Of a DNA stretch of 64,000 nucleotides, positions 53,422 to 64,000 are shown one piece after another. Within the stretch, counting starts at the first letter, position 1. Each line of letters starts with the position of its first letter. Location: assembly GCA_000934665.2 (NCBI GenBank), contig JYFJ02001120.1, positions 1-64,000 on the forward strand, read 5' to 3'. The notes under the pieces are model-generated. The model ran no database searches. It was given only the letters and a program-made list of their open reading frames with translations, and was not told the DNA's origin. Position numbers and translations under genes: made by a program. The stretch comes from Catajapyx aquilonaris (Eukaryota).

Positions 53422-53876
53422 GTACCACCGAACCCAGAACCAGCAGATCTCAGTCCCTCCTCAGCGCACTAGGCCTAACCAGAGACAGGCAGACGGGACG
53501 GGGCGAGACTGACTGTTCGAACACCGTGGTCCACCTGTGCTACTTGAGCCGCCACATCGCCCGCTCTCCCTTCCGCTCGGACTGCTGTTGAGCTTCCAAC
53601 GGGTGGGTGGTAGGCCCTGTTCGACCCGGCGCAAAGCAGCGGGGCGGACACCAGGGGAATCGAACACACGGGGGTCGAGCTGTGCTCCGCTGTGAGCTGG
53701 GCTGGCTGGGTGACCCTTCTGGAGCTGGAGATACACTGACAGTTTTCAGTTGGGGCGGAGGGGGCCAGGGGGAAGCACACACGCTCGCCCACTCACTTGC
53801 CGCATCCAGAGACATCTATCGGGGGGGTGGGAGATGGACCATATCACCAATCAGACTCTTTTAGCCATGGCTTTTA

Positions 53877-55133
53877 TAGTCCAGTCAAATAGTAGAGAAT
53901 GGATACAAAAATTAGGGTAGAGCTAATTTTTTAATATGTTGTAAGGGTTGGTACCCTGACTAATTTCCACAGGTTTGCCAACAAACTGCTAGGCTGCATA
54001 CCATGCGTACATATCACCAAGTTCAGCTGTTCAGGCATGGCTAGGATGAACGACGTGCCATTGAAGTGGGGCTGATGGGTACGTACTCCGCAGGGCCTCT
54101 TCCCCAATAAAGCCAAGTACCAGCTCCACATTCGATCCTTCAGACCATATCTTGCGCTTGCAAGAAAGGCTGTTCAAAAGCATGTGGGTGTCGAAAAGCA
54201 GGACTGAACTGCACTACCATTTGCAAACATTGCGATGGGCAGTCCTGCGAAAATACACCGCCACTATAGTCCTGGCCTTTGACGCGGAGGAGGAGGACGC
54301 TCTTGAACCCATCGACATGCTGGGTGAAAACATAGACGAAGACGGTGATATTCAATTGGTGGACATTCTAAACACTGGTACAACAGTCGACAACGCCGTT
54401 GAAATTCCCGAAATCAACCGCCCGGGCCTTCTAATAAGCGCCAAAGATTGTAAATTTCCTTGAAATGCTGAAATTTATGTGCAGATTTTTATAAATTTAA
54501 TTGTGTTTTACCGGGTAAATAAATATCTTAAGTTGCATATAACTTACTGATTTTGAATGTTGTTATTGCCCCTCACTCCTATGATCAATATTCGATTGTT
54601 ACATTTTTTTCGAAAACAACGATATTTTTCGAAACTTCGTATCTCGTGATCTATTTGACGTAGCGAAACCATTTAGTGGTCAGATTGTAGCAAATTTATT
54701 CTAGTATGTATGTTATTATGTAGGTTTGTATCGTAGGACTCGTCATTTATAAGCTACCGGGTAAAAACTGGCTGGAAGTTCCCACATTTCTCCTTTTTGA
54801 AAATTTCGCGCAAATTGGAATGGCTATTACTCCGAAACTATCGGAGGTAAAAAAATCCGTCTGAGCCCAAAGAGTGGCAAATTTAGTCTACTTTAAAAAC
54901 GATATCTATAACTTTCTTTGTCGGACGCTTAGTTTGGCAGATATTTGGCAAAAACCAAAAAAAGTCCGAAAATTTCGGGGTTTTTCCAAGATGGCGGCGC
55001 CGGCGGCAAAAAATTTTGTTGGCAAACCTGTGGAAATTAGTCAGGGTACCAACCCTTACAACATATTAAAAAATTAGCTCTACCCTAATTTTTGTATCCA
55101 TTCAGTAATTTTCATGACAATTTGACTGGACTA
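53877..55133 (+). mobile_element. Non-autonomous (internally deleted) Academ-like DNA transposon
   Basis: Near-perfect TIRs of about 110 bp (53877-53985 versus about 55016-55133) with TAG...CTA termini and a 3-bp TTA duplication on both sides. Internal frameshifted coding remnant LHTMRTYHQVQL...PAPHSILQTISCACKKGCSKACGCRKAGLNCTTICKHCDGQSC (Cys-rich part 54120-54269). Confidence 0.8.
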
Positions 55134-55182
55134 TTAGCGCACTTTAAGAAATACATTACATTTTTTACATTGTATCCTATTA

Positions 55183-55779
55183 CTGTTGACTACAGATATA
55201 ACAAGACTTCAAGGGACCGTGGAAAGAGTCTGTATATAGCCAACTCGCCTCTTCTGTTATTAGCTCTTGCATGACTGCTCTTGGTAACAGATGCACAGTT
55301 TTATGCTTTCCATAATAATTGACGTATGCTTACAATGCACACTACTGCATGAATTACTATCCACAAAAATGCAAAGATCGCCCGGAAATTACCCAAGACC
55401 AAAAAAAACCGCATTTTTTCTGCCGACTTCTTGTTGAAAATACGATATATGCGCGTATACGTACGTATGTGTACGTATAGCCTATACCAGAAAAAAACCC
55501 GATTTTGTGTTGCTTATTAAATCAGTGACAGATGGGAAAATCACCCTCGTTCCAATATTCTCTGCCTTCCTATGCGCGCGGGAAAGGAAGTTGAATAATA
55601 TCAAAGACAGCAAACGGTATATTTTCCGCCGAGTGGCCAAAACCATGCTGTTATAGCCGAGGTGTGCTGAAAATGAGACTGTTTGAGTGAAAACTATGAC
55701 GGGACCGCCTCCTTTCGAGTCTGTTATAATAACCGAAAGTCTGTTATAGCCGACGAGGCTGTTACAGCGGAGTCAACCG
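55183..55779. mobile_element. Degenerate TA-flanked MITE
   Basis: TA|ctgttgactacagatataac ... gttacagcggagtcaaccg|TA, with repeated gttatagc sub-terminal motifs. Confidence 0.45.
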
Positions 55780-57278
55780 TATTGCCAACTGCCCAGGTAT
55801 ATTACAAAAGACAAGTATAGTATGTTTGTTTGTCTGCGTTTGGTATCCATGGCAATAACGCCCATTTTGTACCCATTTCATACTCACTGGGTAATAAGGG
55901 TTGTTGGGTTTGTTCAGTTGTTTGTCCAGGTTTGGTCACCAATCAGACCGTGCCGTGGTTACGGTAACGGATATTGAATTTGGCGCCCTTTCCCTAACAG
56001 TTGCAAAAGCGTGCATTTACCACAGATGTATAGTGATGTACGTAAAACAGCCTAAAACTGTCTCATAATAATTTCTGCACTAATAATTGATTATTTATAA
56101 ATAAATAGACTGCCATGATGATGATAGGCGTTGCCAATAGTGGCTGGGATCCTATCGACGTCGGCCATTGTGGTGTGAATCACTCGCTTGCCGACCTGAC
56201 GCCGGTTGTTGTGTTCTTCGAAGGGAGCTGAATCCGAGGCCGGTATGTCGAAGATGACCACCCCTGGAGTGAGGGAGAGGCTGGCGTCGGTCTTCAGCGT
56301 GCTGGGATGCACCTTTCACTGGGGGTTCGTCCCCACCATCATCTATCTGGGTAGGAGGAGATGGGATGCATGGATCATATAGGCCATGTGGCATCTTCCA
56401 TTCGCAGGCAGCGTCATGCTCATGCTTCGTATCCTTATTTTGGCAGGGTTCCGGGCCGGGAGTGAGCCAGGCCAGCCACCACTCACCATCCTCAGGTAAT
56501 TCAGGACTCATGAGGGAAGGAAGCCAGGCCTGGCGGAGCCATGCTGACTACGGAACAATACACCTCTACTTACGGTTAAACGATAAGGTTACATCAGGGT
56601 GGAAGTAAACCAAAGGGCAGTTTCACTGATTAATATAGTAAACATGCATTACCATTTGCAATGGGTGCTTCTGCAGCAGCCAGAGCAAAAAACTGCTACA
56701 AGTGTTGTGTACACTAATAATGTAAACCCAATTTCCAGCAGCCAACTACTGTACATGCTTTCTGTAATGGAAAGCATAGTCCCAAGTGGAAGTTATATGC
56801 ACTCACCTCTTGGAGTGCTAGTGTGCGCTCATAACAGGTTTTTGCCCCATATGCTTTCGCTTACTTCTATCTTGGTTATACATCGTATGTGCTGAAGTAT
56901 GCCCAATTATTGTTAACACTAACTGCAATATCTTACAAAATTGGTCTTCAAACTTTTGTTATCATGGAGCAATTCTTTGTGTACAAGGCATCACTGGACT
57001 CATTGAATGAAACCTTCCACCACTGATTTCAATTGGATCAATTCAAGTGTTGCCCCATACTTGGTGGTTACTTCTTGTTTATACTTTTTACACATCCAAG
57101 TGAGAATAACAGATCCAGAGCAAATCCGCAGTTGTGGATATTTGAATACTGTACGATTTGCCGGACTCATGGAAGAGCCATCATTGCATTGCCCCAAAGA
57201 CATATATACAAAACCTGTTGCACAAGTTCCTTAAAACGACAATTGCATTCTTAGTTTTTACAGTATCACCAAGTTATG

Positions 57279-57973
57279 ACAATGGGGAACTAGTTTTCAT
57301 TTTGGAAACTACATAATAAATTCGCTCATATTTTTTTGGATTTTTTTGGCATATTCCGTTTTAAGATATCAGTTTCAGTTCCGGAGATATTGGCGTTTTT
57401 TCATAGGGAAATGGTGACGTCACTGTTTCCCTCGAAAATGCTGACGTCACGCTAAGTGAAATGAACGCAAAAATGATGTTGCAGAACGCGCCCCGTCATT
57501 GTCGTAAAATGCTTCGCTGTTGTTAGCAACCATCCATCAACAGTCCTATTCCATGAGCAACATAGCGGCCGGGGCGCGTATTTATTCCAGGCCGCTCAAA
57601 CCACTTCTGGGCTGACAGTGGTGCCAACTGGTAGGAATTATCTGTCACCCGAATTCGGCACATAAAGGCCCCCTTTCTCCACCTCGATGGCCTACAGCTG
57701 CCTTGCGAATGCTTTCCGTCGCGTCCGTGGTAAATTCTAAATCAACTTCCTCATCTCTCACAGTAAACCAGGCATTTCAGTGTACCCTTCGATTGGCACC
57801 ACTCTGCTGCCCCGTTTTTCCTGCCAATTTTGAAGGCACTTTTAAATGTGCCGTAATTTATCCAGTTATGTCATTTTGATGCAACAGAGTGATGGAATGT
57901 ATGTTTACAGGCATGGGCTAGCTAGTTATGAACAAAAGTCCCAAATCCCAGACCAAGGCTAGTTCCCCATTGT
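57279..57973. mobile_element. TIR-bounded non-autonomous element
   Basis: Perfect 15-bp inverted repeat ACAATGGGGAACTAG (57279-57293) / CTAGTTCCCCATTGT (57959-57973). No clear TSD. Confidence 0.5.
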
Positions 57974-60900
57974 ACCAAATGTAACCATGTCTGCTATTGA
58001 GCAACTTTACGCAGGGGTAAAGTGATGCATTCCTGAGCACAATATATTTTGCAATCTCACATAATTGGTGACTTCCAACCACTGTGTAATGATCTTAGTG
58101 TGCACTCACTGTAATTGTCATCTTGGTCCAACTTGAGGGATAAACCACGGCTGTGGCAACTTTTTAGTGCAGTACCAAATCTCATGCTGTATTTTCTTTT
58201 TGTTTTCAGCCTTCTCTGGCAGTAACCATTGGTAGCTGTGCCTTTTTGGGAGTCTGTGACATCGGCTTGGAGATTCCAACTTATAAGAATGGAAGCCAGG
58301 AGGACCAACCTAGTGTTTGGGCACCATTACAGAAGAGTACTATCAGTTTGTTCTATCGTTACGGGGGTGAACAGTATGTTGTAAATAAACTTTGCACGTG
58401 ACAAATCAGACTCATCATTTGTAAATTATTGCATTTTAGTTTGTGCTGAAGTGTAATGAAAGTGAAGGTCATTAAAGATATCTAGGGGTAGGAAAATGTA
58501 CTGTTCATGAATAGGTTATGTTTTATTATTGTAATTATTGCAGTTCTTAAAGGCTATGTCCTTTTTTGGGACTTAACGTGGATATTACAAATAACCCATC
58601 TCCGAACCTTTGTAAAGAGTGAGTTAAAGGGAAGTGTTTAGGCTGAGATAGGAAAAAATTTGGACCTTTGTCTCTCCTGCATCCTGTTGCCATAATCTTG
58701 CAGCTGAAATATGTGTCTGCCAGCAAGCACCTTTGCGCAGGTTCTTTTGTTGGAGGTGGGCCAATAACACTTCACATGCTGAGAAGACCCACCTTCAGAG
58801 AGTTAATGATGACACAAATTGGCCCCTGTGCCATAAGTCAGCTCAAAATTTAAAAGGCATCCTTTCCTGCACACCCAAAACAATTCAATTTTCCTGGTGA
58901 TGCGAGCATGTGACTATCCATCAGCCAATCGGGGAGTGCATGACTGCTAGTGTAGGCTTCATTGTGCAGCTGTTTGGACTTCGGACTCATGTCAAATCTG
59001 AAGTTTAATTCAGCCAAACAAACCAATGAAATGTTGGTTTTTGTTGCCTGAAAGGATATTTAGGTCAGTTATCAATATTTAAAGTGTAGAAAAGTGACAC
59101 ATTATCCCACTAATGGGATCACAACCGAAGGAAACCTCAAATCGGTGCCGAGATAACCAGCCAGATTGCATGATGCCTTCATTCTCACACGTCACACCTG
59201 AGCAACAATGCAATATTTTCGAATGTCACATTTTGCTAATATTTTTCGAAAGCATGTTGTAAGAGGAGAATTTTGTCCTGATTTTCAAAGCAGTTGTACC
59301 AATTACTGCTCTTAATCACTTTGGCAAACTGGAGCTAATTTTAATAGTGGAAAAATATGGTACCCATTCTGAATAATAATTTTGCAAATAAGTTTACATT
59401 ATCATAGCATTATGCTAATATTGCAATAAGCCTGGAAATGGGAAATAAATTCATATCCTTTATTTGCCAAGCACCGAGTTAGACGAGAGAGAGAGGGAAG
59501 TGGTGAAATCGTCATGTTCCAAATATCGCAGTTTTGAGATATGGGTATCTTTGCCGGTGTACTGCAGCTGGTGAAACAATAGGTCCTTGACAGAAAGGAG
59601 GACACAACTCGGACAACAACTTGGCAGGCACGTCACATTGATTCCTTGCGCTCCACTTGATCCTTGCTTGCTCCCAGCAGGATGACGGAAGTGTTCAAGA
59701 GATGAAAAGGTAACCCACTGCATACATTTTATTGTTGTTTGAGTAACACTTCAGTAGAAACAGGTGGAAAAGGGTTCATAGAGTACATCACGTTGACCTC
59801 AACCTTCAGACTATGTAGGAAGAAAACGATGCTGACAAAATATTCTGAGTGTGCTGTTGTACTTCATCTGCTACATGCTTGTTTGCATATAATTGACATA
59901 CTCTACTGATAAGCAAGAAGCTGAGCATTGAGATGCAACTTTCCAGAAGTTTTTCCACATCTGGGACACATGCTAGATTACGACATTACGTCACACATCT
60001 GCTTGTTTGATACACCTATACTGCAGGCTACTCGTGCAAGGCTTTACGTGATAGTGCTGCAGTTCAAGGTCCAAAAAGTTTTACTATATAGGAACTACCA
60101 AAACGTTGATGGCAAATTCCGGGTGCAGCTGACCCTGAACCCTGAAACATGTCTCTCAGTACCGTGCTATTGGGTAAAACCGGGCGTTAACGACCCATTG
60201 TTATGATAATTCCGGCCATTAAATCGAGTTCAAAGAAGAGCACCATTATTTGCAAATGAAACAGGACCGGATGTGTGGAAAGTCCAGACTATAAGCAAAC
60301 AGCAAGCACATCTGGGTGGCATTTTGCATCTTGCTGTATCTGTTGTCACATTCTTCTCGTAATCCGTAGCTATTCGAGCCTGGCACAAAAATGTGACGAC
60401 GAGCGTGTCGACTCGCTAACAGGACGGACGTCATTGTAATTGATAGGAATGATAGAGAGGAAACGATTTACCACACTTCTGCATATGCGAACATGCCGTT
60501 TCCATACATGCTGTCCCAAGGTTAGCCCTATTTTCTGCATCATATGGCACGCTGTACCGGCTAGGATTGGTCAACTATGAGTCAGCTCAACTATGGTACG
60601 TATCAAGAGGTTTTACGATCGTTGATAATGCACGTGTACTTGATGTAGTGTATGAGCAACGCGGTTTGCGCTGACTGCTCCGCATTTTCGGGGAAACAAA
60701 TCAGCTTTGCCATGACCATCTGAATGAGGATGTGACTCACTCGTGGCTACTATAATCTGGAATTGGGGAGGTGGAGGGGTCGAAAATGAAGTAAGCTAAT
60801 ACGTGACGTGTCCGTCCAACAACCAAGAGCCATGTGACAATCGGACCGAGATTTCGGAGCATTCGGGTTGACATGTAAGTCCACTCTCCACTGGTTCTTC

Positions 60901-61099
60901 TCCTTGGTTCTTCTGTTGGACTTGTGAGGTGCTCCACTATTGAATTGCGAAAATATTATCGTATTTAAGGGCCTATTTTGTTGCCCAATTCGTGGACTCA
61001 AAATTGTAGCGGGAGATAGGCTACATACATAATAATTTTGTTTACTGGGCGTCTGGGCCATTTATTGAGGTAAGCTCGGGCTTTATAATGTTGCAGACA

Positions 61100-61162
61100 A
61101 ATAATAATAATAATATAATAATAATAATAATAATAATAATATAATAATAATAATAATAATAA
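61100..61162. repeat. Interrupted (AAT)n microsatellite
   Basis: AAT array with two single-base interruptions. Confidence 0.95.
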
Positions 61163-62497
61163 GCATATACCTTCAATTGGGAGCGGTGAGATTGTGCCAG
61201 CGCATTTTTGGACATTTTTGCGAGCATTTTTGCTCCCTACTGGCAGCAATAACTGGGCAGCAAGCGAATTTAGGCATGTTTCACTATACGACATTGAAGG
61301 ATGCTAACAGGTTGGAAATCATGAGTAAAATTCGCTGTAGGGGCGAACTGTTGTCCCCCCCCCNCCCCCCCCCCCCCCCAAAAAAAAAAATGCGCTGGGA
61401 CAATCTCACCCTACCTGGCACAATATCTCACCACAATTGACGGTAATTTATCGTAATATCAAGTAACATACGCAACGATTCGTCAACACTGTATATTGAC
61501 ACCTGTATAACCTTACGAAAGTTACTGAGGCATGAACAATGGGGAAGCAACCCTTTTTAAATAGCACAATAAATATGCACCTGATAGCCTACTAATTGTT
61601 ATGTAATTTTCCATACCGGTACAGAAACTATACTTTTCTTATTAGATTAGCTTACAATACATCAGATTACACAAGCCCTGTGGGAAAGAAAGAAAAAAAA
61701 GTTGTCGGAATCATAATGACATTGGCACTTTGGCAGTCCAATAGGTAGCCTACTACAGTCAGAAGACATTTTTTTTTTCTTCTTTTTCTGCAACCGTTTC
61801 CCCATGTGACAGCTAGGGACTTGGTCAGGGACATATGTGCATTGTTTTGTCATATATATGGCCATAATAAATTTCCGAGCCTTTTCCCTGGCTGATCCAC
61901 GCCATGTGGCATCGTGGCAAACATACAGCTAATACCCGTCGCAATGTTAGTACCCTTCAACTTCAATGACGCGTATTTGCAGAAAATCGTGACGCAGAAA
62001 AAGCCGCGCAGATTTTCCTGGCTATAGTATCGACCATAGCATATGGTTATTCCCTCTGAGGTTGCACAGAGAGGACAACCTTTTATGCCCAGGTTATTAC
62101 TCCTGGTCAGCTGACACTGCAAGACCTGTCGTCACATGTCTAATCCGGTGTCCACCTGCGATGTGGCCGCATTACTGGACCAAGAGGAAGGTGAGATATA
62201 TATGTGCCAGTGTGGCAGGGTCAGTTTGCTCTGCGGCTGACCCTAATAAGAGTCCACGTGGGGTATGCGCAAGAAATGTATCTTGTAAGATTAGATACCA
62301 GGTACTTGACACAACGGTTGGACTTGAGCATTAGAAAAACAGTGCAGATGATTAGATCCTGTCGTGCACAAGTGCATATATTACTGATTGGCTGCATGTG
62401 CGGAGGACACTTTCTCGTGTCATTGGGGGCCTGTTTGCTACCGCACGTTTTCAAGGAGAAGGGGAAAGCGGAGTGTTTGTCCAAATAAGACAGCAAA

Positions 62498-62784
62498 ATG
62501 GCCAGTGTGGCGACTATCTGTGAGGCGCCGGCACTTTTTTTAGTCCTTGTTTGTGTTTATTACCGTTGTTTCCTCTGATTGCAGTCAATCCTGCGGAGGA
62601 CACGCCAGAAGGGCAGGTAGACATGCCTGAGAAGAACTACCAGACCCTATCGCCGGACCCCCCGCCATACGAGGAGGTGGCCAGGACCAGTGAAAATTTG
62701 GGAGAGAGCTCGCAACTCAGGCCGGCTAATGGGACTCAGACATATTTTGCAGATGAGCAAATTAAGATACCTGAAACAGGAGAC
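62498..62784 (+). CDS. First two coding exons of a probable NRAMP/SLC11 (Malvolio/DMT1-like) metal transporter; gene continues beyond the window
   Basis: aaaATG at 62498, exon 62498-62519, 65-nt intron, exon 62585-62784 ending in gtaagt. The end of exon 2, QTYFADEQIKIPETGD, resembles the TYFxEKIxIP motif that precedes FSFRKLWAFTGPG in SLC11 proteins. No transmembrane exons are in the window. Confidence 0.55.
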
Positions 62785-63265
62785 GTAAGTTGACTTAAAA
62801 GGTGTGAGCAGTTTTGTGAGTTAAGACAAGGCGTATCAGGTTTAGGCCTAAGGGTCTAGGATCAAAATGTAAAATTTAAAAATTTCATTCAAACAGCCAC
62901 AGTGTAATAGGTACCCTTATTCACTCCATTTTCATAGTAAAAGTGACTAGTATTATCATTATCATCATGAACCTTCGTTTAAATAAGGACTTTCAGAGAG
63001 GAAAGTGACCATTCAATTTTGAATTAGTAATCACTTATGATAACCATTATCAGTAGGACCTTACTACACCAATATATTGGCACCAGTACAATCACTTGGT
63101 AAATCTCTAAATAAGTCATGATGTAAATACTGTTACTTATATAGATGAAGCGTTACTGAAGATAATAATATAATAAGCGTAATTAATATATTTTTTAAAA
63201 TATTCTATTACCCCATGATGACCCGATTAGGGTTCATAGGGGAGGTAATTAATATTTAAATATAC

Positions 63266-63980
63266 AAGCCCAGTCGAAAAATAAGTTTCACGGTGCTACA
63301 GTTTCGATGGCATGCGACGGACAGGGTACAGACGAGCATGGGCATGTATGTCCATCCTTCCCCCACTTTATAAGATGGAAAGGCAGCTTGTGTGCAGGAT
63401 CGGCAGCTATCGGACAAGACCGAGTGGAGAGCTGAGCGTGCCTGCCCATATTCCAGCAGGAACAGTCATGCCAGGCAGAGAGTGTTGGTCACATGACTAA
63501 GGCAGAAGTTAGGACACTTGAGGACACTCAGTAATATATTGCTGTGATCGGTAGTCAGAGTCTCTGGTTGTCCTTCACACTTGCAAGCTTATTCCGAGAT
63601 TGTTGGCACCATATCACAGCACCATTTGCTCAGACATGACAATCATCTCCGGACCATACCCTCCACTAGCCTGCGGTGAGTGTCATATGTCAAATGTTGA
63701 CCACTGATAGAGAACATCTGCCCTCACTTCTGCCTCTGTCCATGTGACCAACACACTCTGTCTGGCATGACTTTTCCTGGTGGTATATGGGCAGGCATGC
63801 TTGGCTCGCCATTGAGTCTCGTCCAACGGCTGCTGTGCCTGCGCATAAGTTGCAAGAAGGCTTCTATCCATCCTATAACGTATGGGAAAGATCGATGTAT
63901 TTGCTCATGCTTGTTTTTACCATGCCCATCGCATGCCATCGAAACTGTAGCTCCGCGAAACTTATTTTCCGACTGGCCTC
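63266..63980. mobile_element. Long-TIR non-autonomous DNA transposon, possibly Sola3-like
   Basis: 63266-~63517 is the imperfect reverse complement of ~63720-63980 (ccagtcgaaaaataagtttc...ctacagtttcgatggcatgcga). The right end is CTC followed by TTAA; the left terminus is degenerate. Confidence 0.7.
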
Positions 63981-64000
63981 TTAAATGGTGGTGTTAGGTT

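Noticed and set aside
34731..61364. Single N bases at 34731, 43015 and 61364
   Set aside because: Assembly ambiguities in poly-C runs, not biological features.
62200..62515. CAGTGT loops near the putative NRAMP start as iron-responsive elements
   Set aside because: The flanks do not form the 5-bp upper stem with a bulged C.
1..64000. CRISPR arrays, operons or other prokaryotic systems
   Set aside because: The sequence is eukaryotic with spliceosomal introns, and no repeat-spacer array was seen.

Overview
Eukaryotic (invertebrate animal, probably arthropod) genomic DNA with spliced genes; no prokaryotic features. From left to right: (1) an ARHGAP9/12/15/27-family WW-PH-RhoGAP gene on + (3111-9233, including three unrecognised in-frame 5' exons); (2) a complete 6-coding-exon SPAG6/PF16 gene on - (10658-26639) with tandem RFX X-boxes upstream. 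Its introns hold one tRNA-Gln(TTG), three tRNA-Leu(CAG), a tRNA-Gln pseudogene and an antisense nested 189-aa ORF; (3) a complete 7-exon PIP4K2 gene on - (28590-53421); (4) an Academ-like DNA transposon remnant at the PIP4K2 promoter and several MITE/foldback elements; (5) the first two coding exons of a probable NRAMP/SLC11 transporter on + (62498-62784). The best novel candidate is the nested ORF: a disordered protein with both calcineurin docking-type motifs (PxIxIT-like PIITFS and LxVP-type MLEVPK), lying in an intron with seven perfect TGACGTCA (CRE) sites, which suggests a CREB-induced calcineurin regulator or substrate. Exon models were built by eye from GT-AG sites and reading phase. 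Family assignments come from recalled motifs, not database searches.
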